DNA of 48,812 nucleotides from Candidatus Altiarchaeota archaeon (GTDB lineage: Archaea > Altiarchaeota > Altiarchaeia > IMC4 > QMZM01), in the NCBI GenBank assembly GCA_016931955.1, contig JAFGDV010000031.1:1-48812 (forward strand), given 5' to 3'. Both the position numbers and the translations under genes were made by a program. The first letter of the stretch is position 1; each line of letters begins with the position of its first letter. Below are positions 8,770-18,865 of this stretch, in pieces. The notes beneath the pieces are model-generated. The model searched no databases. It was not told where the DNA came from and worked only from the letters and a program-made list of their open reading frames with translations.

Positions 8770-10229
8770 TTTCTCCTCAGATCCTTCGCCCTTCCAATGA
8801 AGAGCTCAGAGCCCTCACAGTTAAGCCGCAGATCCTTCTCAGTCATACTGTGATGCTCCTCCATGATCTCCACAATCTTCGGCAGACAAAAACCACTTTG
8901 ACATCTGCCCATGCCGGCGCGGCACCTTCTTTTTATTGCATCGATGTTCCTGACCTTGAAGGGATTATCTAAGGCATCCAATACCTCCCTCTCGGTGACA
9001 GACTCACACCTGCAAACGATACGGCCATATGCTGGGTCTTCTTTGATGAGTCTTGCTTTCTCTTCATCTGGGAGCTGATTGAACCCTATTTTGGGCTTCC
9101 TCCTGGGATTGAATTCTTCTTTGGACCTCAGTTCAGTTGAATCACCTACCATAGCGGCGACTTTCTCTGCGATAGCCGGCGCCGCAGTAAGCCCCGGCGA
9201 CTCTATACCTATTAGATTGATGAATCCAGGGGTTTGTGGATCTTCCTCTATGACGAAGTCTGCTGCTTTAGTTGAGCCTGCTGGGGTCAGTTTAGGGCGA
9301 ACTCCGGAGAAGCTTCTGATGAAGTCCATTCTGCTGATCTCTGGTAGAAGCTCCCTTGCTTCATTGTAGAGCTGATCCATCACCTCGCAGGTTGTGGATA
9401 CCTCTGGTTCACATATGTATTCAGCAGAGGGTCCAAGCATTATGTTTCCATGGATTGTAGGTGTTATGTGGACACCTAATCCTCCGACGTCCTTCGGAGG
9501 GACAGGGTATACAAGGTGTTTTATCAGATTCCGTCTATTTTTGTCCAGGATGTGGTATTCACCCCTGCAGGGGTATATCCTGTACTTATCGATACCTACC
9601 ATAGCAGCTATCTTATCAGAGTATAGACCAGCACTGTTAACCACAATCTTTGATCTATAGCTAACTTTGTTCGTCTTCACTGTGAAGTTGTCTTTTTTCT
9701 TTTTTATATCCTCAACCTTGGTTGACAGGATGATTCTCACACCATTGCTGAGGGCGTTTTCCGCCAGAGCAATTGTCAGATCGAAGGGGTCTAGGATCGC
9801 TGAGGATGGGGAGTATAAAGCTGCGAATGCCCGTATGTTGGGCTCTAATCCCTTCACCTCCTCCCCGTCTATTATTTCAAGCCCATGGGTCCCGTTTCGG
9901 TCTCCTGTCTCCTTCAGCTTCCTTAGGTAGGGGATTTCTTCAGCTTTTTTGGCTACAACGAGTTTGCCTACTTCTTCATAGGGAACACCCAGTTCGCTGC
10001 ATAGGGAGGGCAACATACGGTGTCCTTTCACGTTCAATTCAGCCTTCAGGGTTCCGGACTGAACGTAGAAGCCTGCGTGCGCTACGCCAGAGTTTCTGCC
10101 CGAAGTACCCATGCAGACATCGCATTCCTTTTCGAGGAGTATCGTCTTTAGCTCGTATTTTGAGAGCTCCCTTGCAATAGCGCATCCAACAACGCCTCCC
10201 CCTATTATGAGAATATCACACTCCCTCAT
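8766..10229 (-). CDS. GlpA/LhgO-like FAD-dependent oxidoreductase with C-terminal BFD-like [2Fe-2S] domain
   Basis: IIGGGVVG, TSGRNSG..HAG, GIESPGLTAAPAI, VCRCE..RAGMGRCQSGFC. Confidence 0.9.
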   Translation of the reverse strand: MRECDILIIGGGVVGCAIARELSKYELKTILLEKECDVCMGTSGRNSGVAHAGFYVQSGTLKAELNVKGHRMLPSLCSELGVPYEEVGKLVVAKKAEEIPYLRKLKETGDRNGTHGLEIIDGEEVKGLEPNIRAFAALYSPSSAILDPFDLTIALAENALSNGVRIILSTKVEDIKKKKDNFTVKTNKVSYRSKIVVNSAGLYSDKIAAMVGIDKYRIYPCRGEYHILDKNRRNLIKHLVYPVPPKDVGGLGVHITPTIHGNIMLGPSAEYICEPEVSTTCEVMDQLYNEARELLPEISRMDFIRSFSGVRPKLTPAGSTKAADFVIEEDPQTPGFINLIGIESPGLTAAPAIAEKVAAMVGDSTELRSKEEFNPRRKPKIGFNQLPDEEKARLIKEDPAYGRIVCRCESVTEREVLDALDNPFKVRNIDAIKRRCRAGMGRCQSGFCLPKIVEIMEEHHSMTEKDLRLNCEGSELFIGRAKDLRRK

Positions 10230-10280
10230 TTTTTGTCAAAGAAGGATAATATAATTAGGCTTTGAATGATATATTGGAAA

Positions 10281-10835
10281 ATGATCACCTTGAAGACGCC
10301 ATTATCTGAATCAGACATAGAGGGACTGAATGCTGGAGACATCATCCACGTCTCTGGTTTAATCTGCACCGCCAGGGATAAGGCGCACCAGAAAGCCCTC
10401 AAGGAAGATGTTTTCCCGGTCAAAATTGAAGGAGGCATTATATTCCATTCTGGCCCAGTGGTGGAGAGAGAAAACGATAGTTGGAGGATTATCGCGATCG
10501 GGCCTACAACGAGTTCAAGGATGAACGTCCTTGAACCAGAATTCATTGAGAGGTTCAAGGTTAGGGCGATAATCGGCAAAGGAGGCATGAACGAAGAAGT
10601 AAGAGACTCTCTGAAGAAGAACAAAGCAGTCTATCTATCAATGACTGGAGGATGCGCCGCCTCTGCAGCGGAAAAAATCAAGGAGATCACGGGGGTATAT
10701 TGGCTTGAGCTTGGGATCCCAGAGGCTGTGTGGGTCCTACGCGTGGAACACCTCGGTCCGCTGATTGTTTCCATCGACTCGAAAGGCAACAGCCTCTACG
10801 AGAAGGTTGCTGAGAGGGTTAGGAGAAACCTATGA
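10281..10835 (+). CDS. Class I Fe-S fumarate/tartrate hydratase, beta subunit (alternative start 10266)
   Basis: TARDKAH, HSGPV, GPTTSSRM, IGKGGM, ELGIPEAVW, IDSKGNSLY. Confidence 0.93.
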   Translation: MITLKTPLSESDIEGLNAGDIIHVSGLICTARDKAHQKALKEDVFPVKIEGGIIFHSGPVVERENDSWRIIAIGPTTSSRMNVLEPEFIERFKVRAIIGKGGMNEEVRDSLKKNKAVYLSMTGGCAASAAEKIKEITGVYWLELGIPEAVWVLRVEHLGPLIVSIDSKGNSLYEKVAERVRRNL

Positions 10836-10901
10836 AGTAGCTACGTCTTCTGCAGGTATATTTTAATAGCCTACAATAATATCTTAGTCGGGTTGATTTC
10901 C

Positions 10902-12112
10902 ATGATTGATGTAATATTCTTTGCCATTGGGTTGATAATCATCCTCGGCTTCTTCAGCTATCTGTTCTTCGAGAAGACAAAGATACCTGATGTATTGATA
11001 CTCATGTTTGCAGGTATACTTTTAAACCAATCCGTAAGTGCCCTAAGACCAGAGTTATTCATCGAATTCGCGCCGTACTTCGGTGCCCTCGCCCTTCTCA
11101 TAATACTCTTCGACGGCGGGATAAACCTGAGGTTGAAGCAGGTCTTGGAGGAGTTGCCTAAGGCTACAGCTTTCACGTTGTCTGTATTCACCCTGACAGC
11201 TTTTTCTATAATGCTTGTAATAAATCTCTTTTTCGGCTGGAGTATGCTCCACGGTCTCCTCCTTGGTTCGGTAGTCGCTGGGACGAGTTCTGCTATTGTG
11301 ATATCCCTTGTATCAAAGATGCACGTGAGCGAAGATGCAAGGATAGTCCTGACGCTGGAATCGACGCTGACTGACGTATTATGCATTATCTCCACGATAG
11401 CCATAGTCGGCATACCTCCACGGGCTCTGCAGACCTGAGGACTGTAGCCAACAATCTCTTAGGCGCCTTCTCTATCGCTACTCTTGTCGCATTCGTATTT
11501 GGCATAGTATGGATAAGAATCCTTGCAAGATTCCACGATATGCCTTTCGGCTATCTGCTCACTGTAGCAATAACGTTCATGCTCTACGCTACCGTTGAGT
11601 TCACGGGCGGAAATGGTGCAATATCCTCCTTCGTCTTCGGTCTTATACTTGGAAACTTTAGGTACATTGCAAGATTCCTGAGGATAGAAAGCAGCCACAT
11701 CCCAGAAGAGAGAATCCAATCATTTAATAAAGAGGTCTCCTTCTTCGTGAGAACATTCTTCTTCTTATATCTTGGGCTTATATTCGACCCAAGCATCCTA
11801 GATGGGCCAACAATATTCATATCTTTAGCCGTTTTGACTGCGGCGGTTTGTGCACGGCTCTTATCCGTGGCATTTATATCAAGAACACAGGGCCTTGAAA
11901 ACTGCAGCATATTGCTTGTGGCAATGATGCCAAGAGGCCTTGCAGCTGCTGTTTTGGCTTCTTCACTGGAGATAACAGATAGCATAACAGACGTGGATCC
12001 TAAAGTCTTCAGTGCCATAGTCATCATGATCATATTGTTCACCAATGTCATTGCCACTGTAGGATCATTCTCATACGAGAGGAGAAGGCAGAAAAGCTGT
12101 GGTACATCCTAG
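10902..12112 (+). pseudogene. CPA1/NhaP-type cation:proton antiporter split by a -1 frameshift near 11411-11414
   Basis: N-half (IPDVLIL, LIIILFDGG, GTSSAIV, LESTLTDVLCI) and C-half (GNGAISSFVFGL, FFVRTFFFLYLG, MMPRGLAAAVLA) lie in different overlapping frames; true lesion or sequencing error. Confidence 0.8.
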
Positions 12113-12254
12113 AGGGAAGGGAAACAACAAGCTAAAAAAATCTATTCTGTGACAGTTCATCAGCAAGGATGGGAATGCTACGCAGAAATGGTATCCCCTA
12201 ACTGGCTATCCTTCGGCAGACCTCTTAGTGTTATCGTGTTCAGAAGTGGATCCA

Positions 12255-13349
12255 TTATGTTGAGAGAAGCCATGCGAGGAAACCCCCATACAGCAGGATG
12301 AGGAACAATCCTTCAAGCCTAGTTACCTGCCATCTACTTCTCACGAGAACTACGCATAGTATGGAGACGAACACCATGAAGGGAATTATGTTTTCTATGA
12401 TTAGTTTTTGTATCTCGGGTGTTTTTCCAACGCTCAGGGGGTTTATCACCGCCGCCACTCCAATTATCAGGGTCGTGTTTGTTATGCAGCTTCCTATGGC
12501 GTTCCCTATGACCATCTGGCTTAGGCGTTTCCTTGAAGCCTGCAGGGCCACGGATAGTTCCGGCATGGTCGTGCCGAAGCTGACTATGGTTATGCCTACG
12601 ATGCTCGACCCAATACCCAGGATATCTGCTATGTCGACCGCTCCTTCCACGAACCAGTTCGCGCCAAAGTAGATAAGTACGCCGCTGACCGCCATTATGG
12701 CGAATTCGTGCAATTTCGCCGCGTGTTCTCTGAGATTTCTTGCTCTTCTCAGTTCTTCGTTGACCCTGTTAAGCCGCCCTCTTGATTTCAGCACCTTCAT
12801 AGGAAAAAGGCTGACATTCCTCCCCACCTTGATGACGCCCCAGATTATTTCCGCCATTATAGCCAGGCTCCTCTGGGGGGAATCCGGGCTTACCCCCCTC
12901 GTGGATTCCATGACGAAGACGCTGTATAGGAAGGATAGTAGGAGCAGGAGAATTCCCTCAATGAGTTCTATGCTACCGTCTACTGCGAAGTAGTAGAAAA
13001 GTAGTACATAGACTATGAGGGTGAGGCCGTCTCTGTAGATGATGTCTTTCTGCGTGGGGATCGCCACAAAGAAAGAGGCTATACCCAAAAGCAGGGTCAG
13101 ATTTAGTATGTTGCTTCCGAGGACGTTTCCTACGACTATCTGCGTATTCCCTGTGTAGGAGGAGACCATGCCTGTGAACAGTTCGGGCAGCGATGTGCCT
13201 ACGGCAACCAGTGTGAGCCCGATGATAAGCTCTGAGACCCCTAGTATCCTCGCTATTTTTGCAGCAGATTCTACGAACATGTCTGAGCCCTTTACTAGTA
13301 CTACAAGGCCGATGACGAATATCACCGACGACGTAAGCAGTTCTGGCAT
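12255..13349 (-). CDS. Ca2+/Na+ antiporter (YrbG/NCX family)
   Basis: Alpha repeats GTSLPE..GNVLGSN and GTTMPE..GNAIGS. Confidence 0.93.
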   Translation of the reverse strand: MPELLTSSVIFVIGLVVLVKGSDMFVESAAKIARILGVSELIIGLTLVAVGTSLPELFTGMVSSYTGNTQIVVGNVLGSNILNLTLLLGIASFFVAIPTQKDIIYRDGLTLIVYVLLFYYFAVDGSIELIEGILLLLLSFLYSVFVMESTRGVSPDSPQRSLAIMAEIIWGVIKVGRNVSLFPMKVLKSRGRLNRVNEELRRARNLREHAAKLHEFAIMAVSGVLIYFGANWFVEGAVDIADILGIGSSIVGITIVSFGTTMPELSVALQASRKRLSQMVIGNAIGSCITNTTLIIGVAAVINPLSVGKTPEIQKLIIENIIPFMVFVSILCVVLVRSRWQVTRLEGLFLILLYGGFLAWLLST

Positions 13350-13467
13350 GTTAAGTTATTTGGACGTGGTAAATTAAAAGAGATTCGAGGGAGAAATACT
13401 CCGAAAACTTTTCTAGAAGATATTCCTAGATTTCTTATAGATTATTTCTGAGTAATAAAAATCCTCT

Positions 13468-14748
13468 TTAGTTCCTAACAAAGCAGACATCCGCTCCAAG
13501 TCCTTCCATAACCGAAACGAAACCAGGGAAAGAAACATCCATGGACTCCGCTGAATCAATTGTTGTTTCACCCTCAGCGCGTAAGCCGGCGACGGCCAGC
13601 GACATTACTATCCTGTGATCATTCCAGCCAGAGACCTTCGCCCCCTTCAGAGAATCCACCCCATCAATCACTAAACCATCTTTTTTCTCCTGGATTCTGG
13701 CGCCCATCTTCGCAAGCTCAGAAGCTACCGCACGAAGCCTATCGGATTCCTTGAAGCGCAGGTGTGCTACATTCTGTATCAGAGTCCTGCCTTCTGCGAG
13801 CGCGCCGAGAACGGCTGTTATCGGCACAAGGTCTGGTGTGTCCCCCATGTCAAGCTCGACCCCTCTGAGCCCTGATCCAGACAAGACCTTCACCTTATCC
13901 GCTCTGAGGGATATTTCAGCCCCCATCCTCTCAAGGACGTCAATGATGGCCCTGTCTCCCTGCAATGAATCCGATGAAAGGCCTTTTACCGTGACCTCCG
14001 AGCCTGTGAGCGCCGCAGCGGCCAAGATGAATGCAGCAGACGAGTAGTCGCCTTCTATTACATGATCTCTAGCACTGTATCTTTGACCACTGGGGATAAA
14101 GAATCCATCCGCTTCTTTCTCTACAAGGACACCTGATTTCTTCATGCCGTCGACCGTCAGATCAATGTAGGGCTTCGATATGGGGGGTGTGGAAAGCTTT
14201 ACCCGGACGTCTTCTTCTGCAAGGGGTGCTACTATAAGCAGGCCCGAGATGAACTGCGAGCTAACGTCGCCTCTGATACGGCAGACGCCGCCCTTCAGGG
14301 GGCCTTCCACTGTTATAGGCGGCTTGCCTTCCGCTGAAGATGTTTTCACTCCCAGCTCACTGAGTGCGGTGAGCAGCGGCTGCATGGGTCTTTTTCGGAT
14401 GGACTCATCCCCTGTCAAGGTTACTGCGCCAGAACAGAGGGACACTACAGCAGACATGATCCTCAGAGTGGTACCTGAATTTCCAACGTCTATTGTCTTC
14501 TCCGGCAGCCGGGGTCTGCCGCCGACGCCTTCTACACTAAGTTTATTGCCTTCAACTCTAATCCTTGAACCAATGACTTTGCAGGCTTCCACGCTCGCCA
14601 AGGTGTCAGCCGCTATCAGGGCGTTGTCTATCCTAGACCGACCCCCAGCCAGAGACGCCACAATAACAGCCCTATGGGTGAGGCTCTTGCTTGGAGGAGC
14701 AGACACTACACCCCTCAGAACCCCAGCGGGTTTAACCTTCAACTTCAT
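13468..14748 (-). CDS. aroA: 3-phosphoshikimate 1-carboxyvinyltransferase (EPSP synthase)
   Basis: PPSKSLTHR, GNSGTTLR, SSQFISGLL, KESDR, DHRIVM; start re-assigned to MKLKVKP at 14748. Confidence 0.96.
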   Translation of the reverse strand: MKLKVKPAGVLRGVVSAPPSKSLTHRAVIVASLAGGRSRIDNALIAADTLASVEACKVIGSRIRVEGNKLSVEGVGGRPRLPEKTIDVGNSGTTLRIMSAVVSLCSGAVTLTGDESIRKRPMQPLLTALSELGVKTSSAEGKPPITVEGPLKGGVCRIRGDVSSQFISGLLIVAPLAEEDVRVKLSTPPISKPYIDLTVDGMKKSGVLVEKEADGFFIPSGQRYSARDHVIEGDYSSAAFILAAAALTGSEVTVKGLSSDSLQGDRAIIDVLERMGAEISLRADKVKVLSGSGLRGVELDMGDTPDLVPITAVLGALAEGRTLIQNVAHLRFKESDRLRAVASELAKMGARIQEKKDGLVIDGVDSLKGAKVSGWNDHRIVMSLAVAGLRAEGETTIDSAESMDVSFPGFVSVMEGLGADVCFVRN

Positions 14749-14793
14749 CTTATTTATTCCCATATAATAAGTATTATATCTGTACAGGATAAG

Positions 14794-15342
14794 ATGGGTT
14801 TGATGGAGAGTATCTTCTTCGGGAAAAAGATAGAGGTACCAGAGGACGTTAAGAGGGAGTTGATCCCAGGAGAGCAGATCCTCCACTCTGTGAGGCAGGC
14901 GAGGATAGATCAACCGATCACGCCAGACAGCATCATCATCACAACTGAGAGGGTCATGATCCGCCGACCAGACTGGTTCGGGCTTACCGCACGCAACAGA
15001 GACTATCGTTATGATGACATGGGGAATGTAACAGTCCACAGGGGTATCCTGAACGCTACAATCGACGTCAAGATGCGGTTTCTCTCTCACGACCTTGTCC
15101 TGAGTTCTATACCCAAGGAGGAGGCTCCTAAGATAGCCAGCACCATCCAGGAGGGCATAGACGGCAGATTCGAAGGCATAGGTGGGGGAAAGGTTAGGAC
15201 TCGTGAGAGCCCGGATGAAGGTGTTTCAGTGAGCGAAAAAAACGTCGACGAAAAGCTGCTGAGCATCCTCAAATATAGATATGTTAAGGGCGAGATAACC
15301 CGGGAAGAATATGATAGGATGAAGAGGGATATCACTGGGTGA
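14794..15342 (+). CDS. Bacterial PH-domain protein with C-terminal SHOCT domain
   Basis: LIPGEQI, IIITTERV, DYRYDDM..V..GILNATI; C-term ILKYRYVKGEITREEYDRMK. Confidence 0.8.
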   Translation: MGLMESIFFGKKIEVPEDVKRELIPGEQILHSVRQARIDQPITPDSIIITTERVMIRRPDWFGLTARNRDYRYDDMGNVTVHRGILNATIDVKMRFLSHDLVLSSIPKEEAPKIASTIQEGIDGRFEGIGGGKVRTRESPDEGVSVSEKNVDEKLLSILKYRYVKGEITREEYDRMKRDITG

Positions 15343-16432
15343 CCTTTTTCTCCAGTATTCTTTCGACGACGGCTTTCGCTTTTTCCCTTTTCTTCTGGTG
15401 TTCTCTCAGGAAGTCAACAACGAGTTCGGCGCATTTTTTCTTGCATTCCCCGCATATCAGTGAACCGGATCTGCAGTCTCCGTACACCTTTTCCAGTTCA
15501 GAGTCATCATCTATGAGGTGGTACAGCAGGAGATCATAGACCATGCAATCTTCTGGCACGCCGCCCATCTTTTTCTGTTCTTCGGCGGTGGCTCTGCCGC
15601 CGGTCTTAGCCCTCATAACCTTCTCCTTGGCTTCCATAGGCTCGTCTGTGAGCGCGATATATGATCTTGGGTCTGAAGAGCTCATCTTCCCGCCTTGTAG
15701 ACCTCTCATGAATTTATGGTATGTTGAGGATGGAAGAACGAACTTGAATTCTGCCTGGAATCTGGAAGCCAGGTCTCTTGTCAGCCTCAGATGTGGGTCC
15801 TGGTCTGCGCCTACTGGAACAACAGTCGCCCTAGGCCCTCCAAAGGAGAGCAGTTGTGGATGCAGGATGTCTGCTGCCTGCGTTAATACCGAGAGTATTT
15901 TCCCAGTAGAGAGTTCGCCGTATATCCCCTTTAGTTCGTTGAAGGTCACCTTCGCAGAGAGCATGTCCCTCAGCTGATAGTATGGGAGGACGTAGTCTGT
16001 CTGATACCAGAAGTTCACCTCATCGGTCAGACCCAATGCAACATAGTTGGTCAGGTATTCCTCGAGCGCTATCCTCCTCGAGTCCTGGGGGCTTATGCCT
16101 CGCATAAGGTATGCTTCAAGGTCTGCGCTGCATAGGAAGATCTCGGCTCCGAGTTTTTGGTAGTAGATGATCTGTTCCGCGACCATCTTGTGACCGAAGT
16201 GGAATCTTCCGGAAGGCATGAGTCCAGTCATCATCGCAAAGCGTTTCTTTTCTTCTATGGACTGCATGATTCTGCCGAAGTCCCTGTGTCCGAATACGAT
16301 GCCCCTCCGAATGTATCTGTTGTCTGAGAGCTTCTCTCTGAATCTTTCGAATGATTCGATGCCGAATTCATCGAAGAGGTTCCTGTAGTCCTCTACCTCA
16401 TCCAATCCCCAGGGATCGATTCTCTTCTCCAT
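15332..16432 (-). CDS. trpS: Tryptophanyl-tRNA synthetase (archaeal type)
   Basis: IDPW, TGLMPSGRFHFGH, QAADILHPQ, PVGADQDPH, KMSSS, CGECK. Confidence 0.96.
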   Translation of the reverse strand: MEKRIDPWGLDEVEDYRNLFDEFGIESFERFREKLSDNRYIRRGIVFGHRDFGRIMQSIEEKKRFAMMTGLMPSGRFHFGHKMVAEQIIYYQKLGAEIFLCSADLEAYLMRGISPQDSRRIALEEYLTNYVALGLTDEVNFWYQTDYVLPYYQLRDMLSAKVTFNELKGIYGELSTGKILSVLTQAADILHPQLLSFGGPRATVVPVGADQDPHLRLTRDLASRFQAEFKFVLPSSTYHKFMRGLQGGKMSSSDPRSYIALTDEPMEAKEKVMRAKTGGRATAEEQKKMGGVPEDCMVYDLLLYHLIDDDSELEKVYGDCRSGSLICGECKKKCAELVVDFLREHQKKREKAKAVVERILEKKVTQ

Positions 16433-16469
16433 GGTAGAATATTACGAACGATAGGTAATATTTAATGAC

Positions 16470-17291
16470 ATGCCGGCTTCGATTACTCTGAGCGGGGAGG
16501 AGATTAGGAAACTGAGGAAGTATGTAGGAGAACACAGCCTGAAGGAGGTTCCAGTGAAGAGCGAACACGAGCTCTTCAGGGTGAAAGATAAGGGTGTGGA
16601 ATTAATACTCTACAGGTCGGGGAAGCTGGTATATGAAGACAACAAGGAGACAATAAGGGTATTGGATGAAATAATGGAGACCGAAGACTACGACTTTCTA
16701 CTGGGAACGGATGAAGCTGGAAAAGGCGAATGGTACGGTCCGCTCGTGGTGGAATGCGTTGCTTTGAAGCCGTCTGAGGTATCTGCTCTAAGGAAGCTTG
16801 GGGTGAGGGACAGCAAGAAACTGACTAAGAACAAGATACTGGAATTGGGTGAAAAAATTAAGGAACTTGGACTTACAACCAAGCCGCTGATCTTGATGCC
16901 CGAAACCTACAACCAGATCTATGAGAGATTCAAGGCTGAGGGTAAGACATTGAATGACTTGATGGCTTGGGCGCACGCCAGAGCCATAAAGGATCTGCTC
17001 TCCGCTTTGGAATACGACAGGGCTAAGGTGGTCATAGACAGGTTCGACGCCAAGAGGACTGAGTTCAGATTGGGTGGCTTGAACCAAGATAAACTGGACA
17101 TAATACAGAAGACTGGGGGTGAATCAGAGATTCCTGTGGCGGCTGCGAGCGTTTTGGCGAAGTACATCTTCGAGAGAGAGGTTGATTCATTGAACAGAAG
17201 GTTTGGAATAGACCTGCGGAAGATGGAGCCGAAAGAGATTCCAAGGGAGGTTCTGCCCAAGGTCGCAAAGCTCCACTTCAAGAACGTTTAA
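16470..17291 (+). CDS. rnhC: Ribonuclease HIII-type enzyme (N-terminal TBP-like domain + RNase HII fold)
   Basis: LILYRSGKLV N-domain; GTDEAGKGEWYGPL, GVRDSKKL, IDRF, VAAASVLA, KVAKLHFKN. Confidence 0.8.
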   Translation: MPASITLSGEEIRKLRKYVGEHSLKEVPVKSEHELFRVKDKGVELILYRSGKLVYEDNKETIRVLDEIMETEDYDFLLGTDEAGKGEWYGPLVVECVALKPSEVSALRKLGVRDSKKLTKNKILELGEKIKELGLTTKPLILMPETYNQIYERFKAEGKTLNDLMAWAHARAIKDLLSALEYDRAKVVIDRFDAKRTEFRLGGLNQDKLDIIQKTGGESEIPVAAASVLAKYIFEREVDSLNRRFGIDLRKMEPKEIPREVLPKVAKLHFKNV

Positions 17292-17587
17292 CGTCTGCTC
17301 GTCTTCTTCTCATAGCGACTCCACATGGAATCCCATTCCTCGTCCAAGCCTATATTGAACTTGTTCGCAAGCTTAAGTAGCAGATAGAGTAGATCCGTTA
17401 ATTCCTCAGCCAGCTCCTTCCTGTCAAAGCGTTCGTTCTTGTAGCCCTCATAGCGGAGGATTCTCCTGGATATTTCCCCAAGTTCTTCATTCATGTGCAA
17501 TGCTATGTGTGCTGTAGCATCATCAGCCCAGCCGTATTTTTCATCATAGGCGTTTACCTGCTTCTGCAGCTCAGTTAAAGGTTTCAT
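17288..17587 (-). CDS. MazG-like nucleotide pyrophosphohydrolase
   Basis: EELGEI..EELTDLLY..LAN..I.L. Confidence 0.85.
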   Translation of the reverse strand: MKPLTELQKQVNAYDEKYGWADDATAHIALHMNEELGEISRRILRYEGYKNERFDRKELAEELTDLLYLLLKLANKFNIGLDEEWDSMWSRYEKKTSRR

Positions 17588-17606
17588 AGTGGTAATTATT
17601 TAAGAA

Positions 17607-18821
17607 ATGGGTGAGATAAAACCCCCCAAGCTTGAATCCCTTATTGGGATGAACACCTACAGGTCGAAGACGCCGGGTATAGGTGGGGTAATAAAGCAGC
17701 TGCCGGAGGACTTCATCGTGGAGGAGATAACCCCTGAAGGCCGGGTTTTGGAGTTGGACAAGGACTTGGGTTTCGAGGCTGGGGAGAGAAAGGAGTACCT
17801 CCACTTCACCCTCCAGAAGTATAACTGGGATACTCTGAGGGCTGTGAAGGTGCTATCAAATAGACTGCATACCAGTCGGAAGAGGTTCGGCTTCGCCGGA
17901 ACAAAGGATAAGAGGGCATTGACTGCTCAGAGGGTCTCGGTCTGGGATACCACCGTAGAGCAGATGCGCGAGATAAACCTGAAAGACGTGACCTTGAAGG
18001 ATTACTGTTATTGTGATGAGCGCATAAACCTTGGAGGCCTACAAGGCAACCGGTTCACCATCGTGATAAGACGGCTTGGTTTAGGCGAAAAAGAAGTGGA
18101 GGACAGGATTAGATCCATCACAGAAGAACTCAATCAGAGAATACCGAACTACTTTGGAGTGCAGAGGTTCGGCACCGTGAGGCCTATAACCCACCGCGTA
18201 GGTGAGATGATCTTGAGAAGAAACTTCAAAAAAGCGGTGATGGTCTACCTCTCAGAGGTCTATGAGGGGGAAAGCCCGGAAAGCAGTAAAGCCCGGGATT
18301 TTCTGGCGAAGACTGATGATTTCAAGGAAGCCTTGAAGGTGTTCCCCAAACACCTGGGCTACGAGAATTCCATGCTGAATCACCTCGCCAGGACTCCGAC
18401 GGACTATATTGGAGCATTGAGGAGGCTCCCCAAGAAACTCAGATGGATGTTCATTCACGCCTATCAAGCGTACATATTCAATCTAGCACTAAGTGAATAC
18501 ATCAGAGAAGGGACTGAGGTGGAAAGTCTGCCGCTTCCAGGTTACGGGATAGTGTTAGACCAGACCACTGCAGACATCCTCAAGGGAAAAAACATCTCAC
18601 AGGAGGACTTCAATATAAAGGAGATGCCAGAGCTGAGCTCCGAGGGTCTACTAAGGGAGTCGTTCATGGAGGTAAGGGATCTAGAGATACTCTACGCTGG
18701 AGACGACGAACTGAACGATGGATTGAAGAAAGCAGCCATCAGGCTCTCGCTCTCGAAGGGAAGCTACGCTACCTCCGTCTTAAGGGAGATTATGAAGAAC
18801 GAGTACTGGAAAACCAGATGA
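17607..18821 (+). CDS. truD: tRNA pseudouridine(13) synthase
   Basis: EDFIVEE, AGTKDKRALTAQ, GNRFTI, PNYFGVQRFG, HAYQAYIFN, GSYATSVLRE. Confidence 0.96.
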   Translation: MGEIKPPKLESLIGMNTYRSKTPGIGGVIKQLPEDFIVEEITPEGRVLELDKDLGFEAGERKEYLHFTLQKYNWDTLRAVKVLSNRLHTSRKRFGFAGTKDKRALTAQRVSVWDTTVEQMREINLKDVTLKDYCYCDERINLGGLQGNRFTIVIRRLGLGEKEVEDRIRSITEELNQRIPNYFGVQRFGTVRPITHRVGEMILRRNFKKAVMVYLSEVYEGESPESSKARDFLAKTDDFKEALKVFPKHLGYENSMLNHLARTPTDYIGALRRLPKKLRWMFIHAYQAYIFNLALSEYIREGTEVESLPLPGYGIVLDQTTADILKGKNISQEDFNIKEMPELSSEGLLRESFMEVRDLEILYAGDDELNDGLKKAAIRLSLSKGSYATSVLREIMKNEYWKTR

Positions 18822-18865
18822 TGAAATTTATTTAATGCCTTCCCAATTCTATACATAGAAAAAAA

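Noticed and set aside
10266-10295. Possible duplicated start of the hydratase beta gene (MIYWK / MITLK)
   Set aside because: Five codons with weak identity; cannot be told from chance
11400-11440. Programmed frameshift in the antiporter
   Set aside because: No slippery heptamer, homopolymer or obvious stimulatory structure
12178-12255. 25-aa minus-strand ORF (MDPLLNTITLRGLPKD..) overlapping the Ca2+/Na+ antiporter stop
   Set aside because: Too short, with no recognisable similarity to neighbouring genes
14749-15090. N-terminal extension of aroA in the ORF track (540 aa)
   Set aside because: Overlaps the divergent PH-domain gene; EPSP synthase homology starts at MKLKVKP (14748)
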